Positions 22,593 through 32,412 of a stretch of 64,000 bases of DNA are shown one piece after another. Position 1 is the stretch's first letter. Each line of letters opens with the position of its first letter. Both the position numbers and the translations under genes were made by a program. The stretch is from NCBI GenBank assembly GCA_040905425.1, contig JBBDRO010000050.1:56877-120876 (forward strand). The letters are read 5' to 3'. This DNA comes from Gemmatimonadota bacterium. Its GTDB lineage: Bacteria > Gemmatimonadota > Gemmatimonadetes > Longimicrobiales > RSA9. The notes beneath the pieces are model-generated. The model had not been told where the DNA came from and did not search any database. It saw only the letters and a program-made list of their open reading frames with translations.

Positions 22593-25180
22593 ACCGCTAC
22601 GTCTGCGTGCACGGGCATTTCTACCAGCCCCCGCGCGAGAACCCCTGGCTGGAAGAGATCGAGCGCCAGGACTCCGCCCGCCCGTTCCACGACTGGAACG
22701 AGCGCATCACCGCCGAGTGTTACGGCCCCAACGGGGAGGCCCGCATCCTGGATCCGCGCGGGCGCATCACCGGCATCGTGAACAACTACGCGGACATCTC
22801 CTTCAACTTCGGTCCCACCCTGCTCAAGTGGCTGGCCGATCACGCGCCCGACACCTACGACGCCATCCTGGCGGCCGACCGGCTGAGCATGGAGCGCTTC
22901 GACGGCCACGGCTCCGCCATGGCCCAGTCCCACGGGCACCTGATCCTGCCGCTCGCCAATGACGCCGACCGGCGCACGCAGGTGCACTGGGGCGTGCGGG
23001 ACTTCCAGCACCGCTTCGGGCGCGCGCCGGAGGGCATGTGGTTGGCCGAGGCGGCGGCCGACACCCCGTCGCTCGAGGCGCTGGCGGCCGAGGGGATCCG
23101 CTTCACCGTCCTGGCGCCCAATCAGGCGGCGGCCGTCCGCCCGCTCGGACAGCGTGAGGGCGGCAGCGGCGGCAACGGCGGCAACGGTGGCAATGGTGGC
23201 AACGGCGGCAACGGCGGCAGCGATGGCAACGGTAATGGCAATGGCGGTGATGACGGTGCCGGCGCCAACGGTGGTGGCAGCGCCGCTGGAAATGGCGATC
23301 ATCATGGTGGCGGCGGCGGGGACTGGCACGATGTCTCGGACGGTTCCGTGGATCCGCGCATGCCCTACCTCGTGCGCCTGCCCTCCGGGCGCGAGATCAC
23401 GGTCTTCTTCTATGACGGACCCGCCTCCCGGGGCGTGGCCTTCGAGGGGCTGCTCACGGACGGCGCACGCTTCGCGCAGCGGCTCACGGGCCTGCTCCAG
23501 GATCGCCGGGACGGACCGCAGCTGGCCCACATCGCCACGGACGGTGAGAGCTACGGCCACCATCACCGGTATGGCGAGATGGCGCTGGCCTTCGCGCTCC
23601 AGCACATCCGTGACGGAGGCAAGGCCGAACTCATCAACTACGCCTCCTACCTGGCCAAGCACCCGCCCACCCACGAAGCACGCATCGTGGAGGCCTCCTC
23701 GTGGAGCTGTGCCCACGGCGTGGAGCGGTGGCGGAGCGACTGCGGCTGCCGCACCGGCGGGGAGGAAGGCTGGCACCAGCGCTGGCGCGCGCCGCTGCGG
23801 GAGGCGCTCGACTGGCTGCGGGACACCCTGGCCCCCGCCTACGAGGAGGCGGCCCGCCCGCTGCTCGGCGATCCCTGGGCCGCGCGTGACGACTACGTGG
23901 GCGTGATCCAGGACCGCTCGCCCACCAACGTGAGCGCCTTCCTGGAGCGCCACGCCGGGCGGGACCTGCAGGGGGATGACCGCGTGGCGGCGCTGCAACT
24001 CCTGGAACTGCAGCGCCATGCCATGCTCATGTACACCAGCTGCGGCTGGTTCTTCAACGAACTCTCGGGCATCGAGACCGTCCAGGTGCTGCACTACGCC
24101 GGCCGCGCCGTGCAGCTGGCCGAGCTCCGCCTGGGCCTGGACGTGGAGGACGGGTTCGTGGAGCGCCTGGCCGCCGCGGAGAGCAACCTGCCGCAGCTGG
24201 AGAACGGCGCCCGCATCTGGCAGACCATGGTGCGGCCGGCGCGGGTGGACCTGCCCCGGGTGGCGGCGCACTACGCGGTCAGTTCGCTCTTCGATCCGGA
24301 AGGCGACCACGCCCGCGTCTACTGCTATGACGTGGACGTGGAGCAGGCCGATCGTCGGGCCAGCGGTGACGCCGCGCTCTTCGCCGGCCGGGTACAGATC
24401 ACCTCCGCCATCACGGGGGCCAATGCGCCGGTCACCTTCGCCGTGCTGCACATGGGCGGCCCCAACGTCAACGGTGGCACGCGCGCCTCGATCGACTCCG
24501 GCCGCTTCGACCAGCTCCGGGAGGGCCTGGTGCAGCCGTTCAAGGACGGCGACTTCGCGGCCGTGGTGCAGCGCCTGGCGCTCGAGTTCCCGGACTACAC
24601 CTTCTCACTGCGCTCACTCTTCGCCGATCGGCAGCGGGAGATCCTGTACCGCATCCTGCGCCCGGCGGTGCAGGAGGCCGGGGACGGGCTGGCCCGCATC
24701 TACGGCGAGAACGCCAACCTGATGCGCTTCCTGGCCGCCCACGACCAGCCGCTGCCGGGCGCGTTCCGACTGGCGGCGGAGTACGCGCTGAACAGCCAGC
24801 TGCGCGCCGCGCTGGACGCACAGCGGGTGGATGCGGAGCGGGTGCGCCGGCTGCTGGTCGAGGCCGAGGAGGCGCATGTGGAGTTGGACACCAGCGCGCT
24901 GGGGTGGGCGCTCGGCCAGGCGCTCCGCCGCCAGGCGCTCCGCCTGCGCGAGGACCCCGATGACCTGGGCGCCCTGGAGGAGCTGGCCGCCACCACGACG
25001 CTATTGCAGCACCCCGCCATGGCACCTGCCCTGGGGCCGGCGCAGAACCTCACCTTCTCACTCCTGAGGGACGCGTGGCCGGCGCAGGCCGTCTGCGCGG
25101 AGGAGGGGGACGAGATGGCCGCTCGGTGGGTGGAGCTGTTCCGCGCCACGGGCGAGCGCCTGCACATCGCGGTGGAGTGA
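22589..25180 (+). CDS. Glycoside hydrolase family 57 / DUF3536 protein
   Basis: HGHFYQP, FNFGPTLL, GMWLAE, IATDGESYGHH, SWSCAHGVERW, MYTSCGWFF. Confidence 0.88.
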   Translation: MNRYVCVHGHFYQPPRENPWLEEIERQDSARPFHDWNERITAECYGPNGEARILDPRGRITGIVNNYADISFNFGPTLLKWLADHAPDTYDAILAADRLSMERFDGHGSAMAQSHGHLILPLANDADRRTQVHWGVRDFQHRFGRAPEGMWLAEAAADTPSLEALAAEGIRFTVLAPNQAAAVRPLGQREGGSGGNGGNGGNGGNGGNGGSDGNGNGNGGDDGAGANGGGSAAGNGDHHGGGGGDWHDVSDGSVDPRMPYLVRLPSGREITVFFYDGPASRGVAFEGLLTDGARFAQRLTGLLQDRRDGPQLAHIATDGESYGHHHRYGEMALAFALQHIRDGGKAELINYASYLAKHPPTHEARIVEASSWSCAHGVERWRSDCGCRTGGEEGWHQRWRAPLREALDWLRDTLAPAYEEAARPLLGDPWAARDDYVGVIQDRSPTNVSAFLERHAGRDLQGDDRVAALQLLELQRHAMLMYTSCGWFFNELSGIETVQVLHYAGRAVQLAELRLGLDVEDGFVERLAAAESNLPQLENGARIWQTMVRPARVDLPRVAAHYAVSSLFDPEGDHARVYCYDVDVEQADRRASGDAALFAGRVQITSAITGANAPVTFAVLHMGGPNVNGGTRASIDSGRFDQLREGLVQPFKDGDFAAVVQRLALEFPDYTFSLRSLFADRQREILYRILRPAVQEAGDGLARIYGENANLMRFLAAHDQPLPGAFRLAAEYALNSQLRAALDAQRVDAERVRRLLVEAEEAHVELDTSALGWALGQALRRQALRLREDPDDLGALEELAATTTLLQHPAMAPALGPAQNLTFSLLRDAWPAQAVCAEEGDEMAARWVELFRATGERLHIAVE

Positions 25181-27993
25181 CCCGGCAGGCGGCCACCTAC
25201 CGCCTCCAGCTCGAGCCGGGCTTCGACCTCCACGAGGCGCGCCGCCTCGTACCGTACCTGGCGCGGCTGGGCATCACGCACGTTTATCTCTCCCCCGTGC
25301 TGGAAGCGCGCGCCGGGAGCACCCACGGCTACGATGTGACGGATCCGGGTCGCGTGCGGGCGGAGCTGGGCGGCATGGCGGCGTTCGTGGCGCTGGCGGA
25401 CACCGCCGCCGAGCACGGCCTGACCCTGCTCCTGGACATCGTACCCAATCACATGGCCGCCTCCGAGGAGAACCCCGCCTGGCGGGACGTGCTCCGCCTC
25501 GGCGCCGCCTCACCCTACGCGCGCTGGTTCGACCTGAGCTGGCATACCGGCCCGGAGCCCTTTCCCATCCCCCTCCCCGTGCTGGGCGCGCCGCTGGAGG
25601 ACGTCCTGGCCGCCGGCGAGCTGGCGCTGGCGGCGGAGGACGGCAGTGTGGTCGTGACCTACTTCGACCGGCGCTTCCCCTGCTCCCCGGAGGGCTGTGC
25701 GTTCCTGGCGCGGACCACCGGGATGCATACGGGTGCGCCGGGCAACATCGCGGCTGATGCGGAGACCACCGTCATGGCGAGTGCCCCCACCACAGCCGAC
25801 GCCGCCAGCGCCGCGGACCCGGCCAGCATGGCGCGCGCCCCAGCCCCAGCCGAAACCGCCAGCGCACCGGATCCCGCTGCCGCGGCGGAGCTGGTTGCGA
25901 GATTCGACGCGCTCGCGGACACGGAGCGCACGCACGTGCTCCGGGAGCTCCTGGACCTGCAGCACTACGCCATCCGCTTCTGGCGATCCTGCGCCGGCGT
26001 GGTGGGCTACCGCCGCTTCTTCGACATCGACGATCTGGTGAGCGTTCGCGTGGAGGACCCGGGGGTCTTCGACGCGGTACACGCCGGGCTGGACCGTTGC
26101 CTGGCCCACCCGGCGGTGGCCGGCGTGCGCGTGGACCACGTGGACGGCCTGCTCGATCCCGTGGGCTACCTGCGGCGCCTGCGGGCCCTGCTGGACCGAC
26201 GCCGGCCGGACGCGTGGCTGCTGGTGGAGAAGATCCTGGCGCCCGACGAAGCGCTCCCCGCGGACTGGCCCGTGGACGGCACCACCGGCTACGAATTCCT
26301 CGTGACGCTGAACGGCCTGCTCGTGCCGGAGGCGGGCGGACGTTCCCTGCAGGCGCTGCATGGCCGGCTCACCGGCATGCGCGTGGAGCCCACCGACATG
26401 GCCCTGGCACGCAAACGCCAGGTGCTCGAGCGCATCTTCAGCGGTGAGCTGGATCTCCTGGCCAGGGAACTCACCGCCCTGCGGGAGGGCGTGCCCGTGC
26501 CCGCCGCCGACCCCGCGCTGCGCGCCGCGCTGGCGGAGACCAGCGTGCGCATGGAGGTCTATCGTACGTACGTCCGCGGCCCCGGGCCGAGCCCAACGGA
26601 CCGCCGGCGCATCGAGGCCGCGCTCGCCGCGGCGGAGCAGGCCCTGGCCGGGCAGAGCGCCGCCGGGACACTGCCCTTCCTGCGCGCCGTGCTCCTGCTC
26701 GACGCCGAGGTGCTGGACAGAAGGCTGCGCCCCGCCCTGGCTTTCGTGCAGCGCTGGCAGCAACTCACCGGCCCACTCATGGCCAAGGGCTACGAAGACA
26801 CGGCGCTCTACCGCTACAGCGCCCTGGCCGCCGGCAGCGACGTGGGCGCCGAGCTGGACCGCCCTTGGACCCCCGCGGCGGAGGTGCACGCGTTCCTGGC
26901 GGGGCGCGCCGCGGCGCCGCGCACGCTGAACACCACCTCCACCCACGACACCAAGCGGAGCGAGGACGTGCGGGCGCGCCTGGACGTACTGGCGGAGCTG
27001 GCGGACGACTGGGCGGCCGCGGTCGGGGGGTGGACACGCGCCATCGAGGGATGGAACGCACCCGTGCCCGGGTCGGAACCTACCGTCGCGGGGCGAACCA
27101 CCGCCGTGCGGGGGTCGCGGCCCGGGGTCGAGCGGAGCGCCCCGGCGCCCGCGCTGGATGACACCGTCTATCTCCTCCTGCAGATCATCGTGGGCACCTG
27201 GCCGCTGCACGGGCGCGTGGAGGAGACGTGGCTCGACCGGCTGCGCGCCTACGCCGTCAAGGCGGCGCGGGAGGCCAAGGCGCGCACCAGCTGGCGGGAT
27301 CCCGACCCACAGTATGAGGAAGCGCTCCAGACCATGCTGACGCGCCTGCTCACGCATCCGGACCACGCTGACTTCCGCCGGCAGGCCGGCGCCCTGGCGG
27401 ACCGCACGGCGGCGCCCGGCGTACTCGGCTCGCTGGCGCAGCTGCTGATCAAGACCACCGCGCCGGGCACGCCCGACCTCTACCGCGGCAGCGAACTGTG
27501 GCGCTACGACCTGGTGGACCCCGACAATCGCCGCCCGGTGGACTTCGAGGCACGCGCGCGGCTGCTGGCAGAGCTGGAGCCTCTGGTGCAGGCGCCGCGC
27601 CCCGCGGGGGTGGCCGCCCTGGTGCGCGACTGGCGGAGCGGCGCACTCAAGCTGTACGTCACGCGCGCGGCGCTGGCGTGCCGCGCGCGGCACGCCGCCT
27701 ATGCGGGCGGGGGCTACACACCCCTGGAGGCCGTCGGCCCGGCGGGCGAACACCTGTTCGCCTTCCAGCGGGGGAGCGCCGACGGGCCCGTGACGGTGGC
27801 CCCGCGGCTGATGGCGTTCGCGGTGGAAATGGAGCCGGCGGTGCCGGCCGGAGTATGGGAGGGGACGTCGCTTGAAACAGAGGGCGTATGGCGCAACGCG
27901 CTCACCGGGGAGGAGACCCGTAGCCGCAGCGGCCGGCTGCCGCTCGCACCGCTCCTGGCCACCCTGCCGCTGGCGCTCCTGGAGCCAGTCTAG
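25177..27993 (+). CDS. treY: Malto-oligosyltrehalose synthase
   Basis: ATYRLQL, GSTHGYDV, DIVPNHM, YRRFFDI, RVDHVDGL, VEKIL, STHDTKRSED, LVDPDNRRPVD. The GTG start overlaps the GH57 stop. Confidence 0.94.
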   Translation: MTRQAATYRLQLEPGFDLHEARRLVPYLARLGITHVYLSPVLEARAGSTHGYDVTDPGRVRAELGGMAAFVALADTAAEHGLTLLLDIVPNHMAASEENPAWRDVLRLGAASPYARWFDLSWHTGPEPFPIPLPVLGAPLEDVLAAGELALAAEDGSVVVTYFDRRFPCSPEGCAFLARTTGMHTGAPGNIAADAETTVMASAPTTADAASAADPASMARAPAPAETASAPDPAAAAELVARFDALADTERTHVLRELLDLQHYAIRFWRSCAGVVGYRRFFDIDDLVSVRVEDPGVFDAVHAGLDRCLAHPAVAGVRVDHVDGLLDPVGYLRRLRALLDRRRPDAWLLVEKILAPDEALPADWPVDGTTGYEFLVTLNGLLVPEAGGRSLQALHGRLTGMRVEPTDMALARKRQVLERIFSGELDLLARELTALREGVPVPAADPALRAALAETSVRMEVYRTYVRGPGPSPTDRRRIEAALAAAEQALAGQSAAGTLPFLRAVLLLDAEVLDRRLRPALAFVQRWQQLTGPLMAKGYEDTALYRYSALAAGSDVGAELDRPWTPAAEVHAFLAGRAAAPRTLNTTSTHDTKRSEDVRARLDVLAELADDWAAAVGGWTRAIEGWNAPVPGSEPTVAGRTTAVRGSRPGVERSAPAPALDDTVYLLLQIIVGTWPLHGRVEETWLDRLRAYAVKAAREAKARTSWRDPDPQYEEALQTMLTRLLTHPDHADFRRQAGALADRTAAPGVLGSLAQLLIKTTAPGTPDLYRGSELWRYDLVDPDNRRPVDFEARARLLAELEPLVQAPRPAGVAALVRDWRSGALKLYVTRAALACRARHAAYAGGGYTPLEAVGPAGEHLFAFQRGSADGPVTVAPRLMAFAVEMEPAVPAGVWEGTSLETEGVWRNALTGEETRSRSGRLPLAPLLATLPLALLEPV

Positions 27994-28724
27994 ACGGCCG
28001 TGCCGCCGTGAATGGCCACGATGCCCCCCGTACGCGTCTCCCACGTCACGCCGCCGAAGCCGGCCGCCTCCAGGCGCGTCGCGAGCTCCCGCGGCTCGGG
28101 GAAGTCCAGCACGGACGCCGGCAGGTAGTCGTAGGCGGATCCATGCCGCGAGACCAGGCGGCCCACCAGCGGCAGAACGCGGCGGAAATAGGCCAGGTAG
28201 AGGGCGCGGAAGGGCTGCCAGCCCGGTGTGGTGAACTCCAGGATGACCAGGCGGCCGCCCGGCTTGAGTACGCGCCGCAGCTCGCGGAGCCCCGCGTCCA
28301 GGTCGGCCAGGTTGCGGACCCCGAACCCCACCGTGGCGCCATGGAAGGCGGCGTCCGGCAGGGGCAGGCGGAGCGCATCCCCGCACACGGGCGCGAGCGC
28401 CACGCCGCGTACCTTGTCCAGCCCGCCGCGCAGCATCGGCAGACTGAAATCACACCCCACGACCAGGCCGGAGAAGGCCGCCCTGCCCGCCAGCTCCCGG
28501 GCCAGGTCCAGGGTGCCCGCGCAGGCGTCCAGGTAGCGGCCGTCGGCGGGCGCGTGGGCCAGCAGCAGATCCACCGCGCGGCGCCGCCAGCGGCGGTCAC
28601 GGTTCAGGCTGAGGAGATGGTTCAGCAGATCGTAGCGCGGCGCAATGGCGCCGAACATGGCGCGCACGGCGGCGGCCTTCTCCTCCCGCGGAGGCAGCAC
28701 GGAGCGCCCCGGTGATTCCTGCAT
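27990..28724 (-). CDS. ubiE: Ubiquinone/menaquinone biosynthesis C-methyltransferase (UbiE/MenG)
   Basis: VRAMFGAIAPRYDLLNHLLS, LDACAGT, GDALRLP, GFGVRN, RVLKPGGRL.ILEF, YDYLPASV. Confidence 0.92.
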   Translation of the reverse strand: MQESPGRSVLPPREEKAAAVRAMFGAIAPRYDLLNHLLSLNRDRRWRRRAVDLLLAHAPADGRYLDACAGTLDLARELAGRAAFSGLVVGCDFSLPMLRGGLDKVRGVALAPVCGDALRLPLPDAAFHGATVGFGVRNLADLDAGLRELRRVLKPGGRLVILEFTTPGWQPFRALYLAYFRRVLPLVGRLVSRHGSAYDYLPASVLDFPEPRELATRLEAAGFGGVTWETRTGGIVAIHGGTAV

Positions 28725-28860
28725 GCATGCCGTTTCCGCGCCGGGCGGCGGACCTTAGCTCCGCACGCCTCCGACGCTTAGATTTGCTGAATCCTGGCGC
28801 CCCGATGAGGAACGGCCGGGATGATACCCTCAGCGGGCGGGCCGATCAAGCCGCCCGCGG

Positions 28861-28886
28861 TGAAACTCCGGGCCGCGCGTGCCGTA
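28861..28886 (+). promoter_or_regulatory. ECF (SigW-type) promoter upstream of the sigma gene
   Basis: TGAAAC-N16-CGTA, matching the Bacillus SigW consensus, 54 bp upstream of the TTG start. Confidence 0.7.
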
Positions 28887-28940
28887 GAGCAACGCGGATG
28901 CATCCTGGGCCGCGCGGCGGCCCGCCCCGGCAGGAGAGCG

Positions 28941-29531
28941 TTGGATTACTCCCAGTTGACCGACCAGGAGGTGGTCGCCCACGCCCGTGAGGGTCGTGAG
29001 TCGGCGTACCGCGAGCTCATCGGCCGCTACCAGCGGCCGGTGTTCTCGCTCATCTACCGGGTCGTGCGGGACCGGGAAAAGGCGGAGGACCTGGCGCAGG
29101 ACACCTTCATCAAGGTGCTGAACGCCATCGATCGCTACGACCCCACGCGAAAATTCAGTTCGTGGATCTTCAAGATTGCCCACAACACGGCGCTCGACCA
29201 CGTGCGCAAGAAACAGCCGGTGACCCTCTCCATCGACGGCTCGCCCCACGCCCGCACGAGCGCGGAGGTGGAGGCGTCCAGGCTCACGCCCGAGTCCACC
29301 GACGAGACGCCGGAGGAGTACACCGCGAGCCGCGAACTGGGCAGCGAGATCGAGGCCGCCATCGGCACGCTCCGGCCCGAGTATCGCGCGGCCATCACAC
29401 TCTGCCATGTGGAGGGCCGGCCGTATGAAGAGATCGCCGAGATCATGGACGTACCGCTGGGCACGGTGAAGACCTTCATCCACCGTGGACGCAACGAGTT
29501 GAAGAAGAAACTGGCGCATCTGCGCATCTGA
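28941..29531 (+). CDS. ECF RNA polymerase sigma factor (SigW/RpoE-like)
   Basis: AEDLAQDTFIK, FSSWIFKIAHN..D in region 2; YEEIAEIMDVPLGTVKT.IHRGR in region 4. TTG start with AGGAG RBS. Confidence 0.92.
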   Translation: MDYSQLTDQEVVAHAREGRESAYRELIGRYQRPVFSLIYRVVRDREKAEDLAQDTFIKVLNAIDRYDPTRKFSSWIFKIAHNTALDHVRKKQPVTLSIDGSPHARTSAEVEASRLTPESTDETPEEYTASRELGSEIEAAIGTLRPEYRAAITLCHVEGRPYEEIAEIMDVPLGTVKTFIHRGRNELKKKLAHLRI

Positions 29532-29555
29532 AACCCGGAAGGGGCCGGAGCCGTA
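29529..29555 (+). promoter_or_regulatory. Second ECF-type promoter overlapping the sigma stop codon
   Basis: TGAAAC-N17-CGTA. The TGA is the sigma stop codon and the site lies 45 bp upstream of the anti-sigma ATG. Confidence 0.6.
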
Positions 29556-29600
29556 TGGTGATCCGAAGCCCCGCACCGGGCCGCAACGAACGAGGAGAGC

Positions 29601-30236
29601 ATGCACCATCCGACGGACGACAGGTTCGAAGCCTACGTCGAAGGACGACTCGAGGACGCCGATCGGGCGAGCCTCGAGTCGCACGTGGTGGCGTGTAGCC
29701 GGTGCCAGGGCCAGCTGGAGGAATGGCGGGCCCTCTTCACCGCGCTGCGAACGCTGCCGCGGCTGGCCCCCTCGGCCGACTTCGGCAACGCGGTCATGGC
29801 CCGGGTGCGGATTGCCCGACCCTGGCACGCCGCCGCGCTCGGCCGCCTGCAGCGCTGGGTACCGGACAGCACGCGGGGCTGGGCCGCCGCGGTGGCGCTA
29901 CTGGCGCTGCCCGTGGTGCTCGGGAGCGGCGTGATGGCCTGGCTCCTGTCCAGGTCCTACGTCACCGCCAGCGGCCTCTGGGTCTTTGCCGAGGATGTTT
30001 TTGCCACCGGCGCCAACCGGCTGGCCAGCCAGACCTCCAGCGCCGTGCTGCAGAGCTCGCTCGTCACCCGGCTGCTGGCCACCGCGGAAGGCTTCTACGC
30101 CAACGCGGGGGTACAGGGCATCGGGCTCGTGGCAACCGTGGCGCTACTGTCCACGACACTCTCCATATGGGTGCTGTACCGGAACCTCTACCGGACCCCC
30201 CAACGGGAAACGAATCATGCTTCGTACTGCTTCTAG
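29601..30236 (+). CDS. Zinc-finger (zf-HC2) transmembrane anti-sigma factor
   Basis: N-terminal H...HVVACSRC (HxxxCxxC), two hydrophobic segments, directly downstream of the ECF sigma. Confidence 0.85.
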   Translation: MHHPTDDRFEAYVEGRLEDADRASLESHVVACSRCQGQLEEWRALFTALRTLPRLAPSADFGNAVMARVRIARPWHAAALGRLQRWVPDSTRGWAAAVALLALPVVLGSGVMAWLLSRSYVTASGLWVFAEDVFATGANRLASQTSSAVLQSSLVTRLLATAEGFYANAGVQGIGLVATVALLSTTLSIWVLYRNLYRTPQRETNHASYCF

Positions 30237-31539
30237 AACGGTGGGCGCCCTCGCGGCGGCCGCTTTCGGCGCCACGCTCCTGTGGGCGGGCCCGGCGCTG
30301 GCCGCCCAAGGAGCCGGAGCGGACCAGTCCGCGGTTGACGCCCAGTCCGGTGCCGACCAGACCGCGGTAGACGCCCAGGCCGGTGCCGACCAGGCCGCCA
30401 GCGCCGACGCGCCGGTGGACATCCGCTCCAGTCAGATCGCGCTTTCCCGGGACGAGGCCAGGCTCCAGTTGGAGCTGGCGGGCGGGCAGGTATTTACGCT
30501 CGCCGTGCGTGAGGGACAGGCCTACCTGGACGGGACGTCGCTGGGCCGGGCCGCACGGAGTGGGGCGCTGGACCGGGCCTGGCGGGAGCTGCTCGAGCAG
30601 GCCATGGACACCCCCAACGCGGATCTGGCCGCGCTGCTCGAGGTGTGGGACGCGCCCTCCTCGGACGGTGTGGGCGACCGCCTGGACCGCGCCCTCGAGG
30701 CGGCGCTCCGGGGGCAGACGCCCGCGGCGGCGCTGGCCAACATCGCGGGGACGGCCGGCCTCGATCCGGCGGCCCAGGGTTCCGACAGCGTGGCGCGCCT
30801 GCTGGACCGGATCAACGAGCTGGAGTCGACGGTGGAGAAGCTGGAGGATCGTCGCGTCAGCGTGGAGGCGCGCGCAGCCAGCCGCGGTGGACGCAGCCGC
30901 GGCCCGTTCCACAACGTGGGCGAAGCCTTCGAGGGTATTATAGGGCTACTCGTCACCATGGCCATCGTCGTGGGCATCGGCTTCGCCACCATCTTCTTCG
31001 GTGGACGCAAGTACCTGGAGGGCGTGGCTGACACGGCGCGGCGCATGACCGTGCGCTCGCTGCTGGTGGGCATTGCCGGCTCCTTCCTGGTGCTGCCGGC
31101 CTTCTTCCTGGGCATCATTGCCCTGGTCATCTCCATCGTGGGCATCCCCGGGCTGCTGGTCTGGGTACCGGGCTTCCCGCTGGCCGTGGCCGTGGCCATC
31201 CTGCTGGGCTACCTGGGCGTGGCCCACGCCGCGGGTGAGGCCATGGCGGAGTACCGCTTCCGCGGCAGCGAGTGGTTCCACCGGGCCAACTCCTACTACT
31301 TCCTGGTCTCCGGCGTGGGACTGCTCATGTCCATGTTCTTCGCGGCCATGGTGGCGCACATGGCCGGCCGGTTGCTCAGCTTCATCTTTGGACTGCTCAT
31401 GTTCTTCGGCTGCGCGCTCACCTGGGCCGCCCTGTCGGTGGGGCTGGGCGCGGTGCTCATCTCCCGCGGCGGGACGCGCCCCCTCGGCCGGGAGCCGGTG
31501 GCGGACGAGGGACTCTTCTCGGAGGACGGCAATGTTTGA
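30217..31539 (+). CDS. Membrane protein with signal peptide, soluble domain, coiled coil and multi-TM C-terminus
   Basis: ALA signal, LLDRINELESTVEKLE coiled coil, about 5-6 hydrophobic helices including ISIVGIP. Overlaps the anti-sigma 3' end. Confidence 0.75.
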   Translation: MLRTASRTVGALAAAAFGATLLWAGPALAAQGAGADQSAVDAQSGADQTAVDAQAGADQAASADAPVDIRSSQIALSRDEARLQLELAGGQVFTLAVREGQAYLDGTSLGRAARSGALDRAWRELLEQAMDTPNADLAALLEVWDAPSSDGVGDRLDRALEAALRGQTPAAALANIAGTAGLDPAAQGSDSVARLLDRINELESTVEKLEDRRVSVEARAASRGGRSRGPFHNVGEAFEGIIGLLVTMAIVVGIGFATIFFGGRKYLEGVADTARRMTVRSLLVGIAGSFLVLPAFFLGIIALVISIVGIPGLLVWVPGFPLAVAVAILLGYLGVAHAAGEAMAEYRFRGSEWFHRANSYYFLVSGVGLLMSMFFAAMVAHMAGRLLSFIFGLLMFFGCALTWAALSVGLGAVLISRGGTRPLGREPVADEGLFSEDGNV

Positions 31540-32362
31540 CCGACGCCTTATCGTGGCGCTGGCCGTGCTGCTGGCGCTGCCGGCGGCCGCCTCGGCGCAG
31601 GACTGGCGCACGCTCTCCGCCAGCCGCTCCGTGGATGGCGACACGCTGCTCCGCGTGGAGGTGGAGTACGCCGCCGGCCGCTTCGAGGTGAAGCCCGGCG
31701 AGCCCGGTACGCTCTATCGCACCTCCATGCGTTACGACGATGACCTCTTCGACCCGGTGGCAGCCTTCGACAGCGGACTGCTCAAGCTCGGCGTGGGCGG
31801 CGGCAACGTGCGTGGCCGGGACGTGAAATCCGGGTACCTGCGCGCGGCGTTTTCCCCCGACGTGCCGCTGGAGCTGGACCTGGCCTTCGGCGCAGTGGAG
31901 GCCGAGCTGGAGCTGGGTGGGCTGCGCATCCTGGAGGCGCACATTGCCACCGGAGCCAGTCGCACGCTGCTCAACGTATCAGAGCCCAACCCGGAGACGG
32001 CCGAACGCGTGGTGTTCGAGATCGGTGCCGCGCAGTTCGAAGCCGTCGGCCTGGGCAATCTGAATGCCCGCAGGATCGAGGTGAGCGGCGGCGTGGGTGA
32101 CGTCACGCTGGACTTCCGCGGCGCCCCGCGGCTGGACACCAGCGTAAGCGTGAAGATGGGCCTGGGCGCCCTCACACTGCGGGTGCCGCGCGGCCTCGGG
32201 GTGCGGGTGGTCAAGGACGGCTTCCTGGCGGGCTTCGACAGTGAGGGTCTCGTGAAGCGCGGGGACGCCTTCTATTCCACGGATTGGGAGAGCGCGGCGC
32301 ACAAGCTGACGGTGGACATCCACGCCGCCTTCGGCAGCATCAAGGTGGTCTGGGTAGACTGA
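31532..32362 (+). CDS. Secreted beta-rich protein (LiaF/DUF2154/toast-rack-like)
   Basis: Signal peptide ending ASA-Q; repeated GxGxxxLD beta motifs (SGGVGDVTLDF, KMGLGALTLRVP, AAFGSIKV). Confidence 0.65.
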   Translation: MFDRRLIVALAVLLALPAAASAQDWRTLSASRSVDGDTLLRVEVEYAAGRFEVKPGEPGTLYRTSMRYDDDLFDPVAAFDSGLLKLGVGGGNVRGRDVKSGYLRAAFSPDVPLELDLAFGAVEAELELGGLRILEAHIATGASRTLLNVSEPNPETAERVVFEIGAAQFEAVGLGNLNARRIEVSGGVGDVTLDFRGAPRLDTSVSVKMGLGALTLRVPRGLGVRVVKDGFLAGFDSEGLVKRGDAFYSTDWESAAHKLTVDIHAAFGSIKVVWVD

Positions 32363-32412
32363 ACGGCCACACCGGAATCCGCCGGCTCGGCCCACGCATG
32401 AAGGAGGATAGG

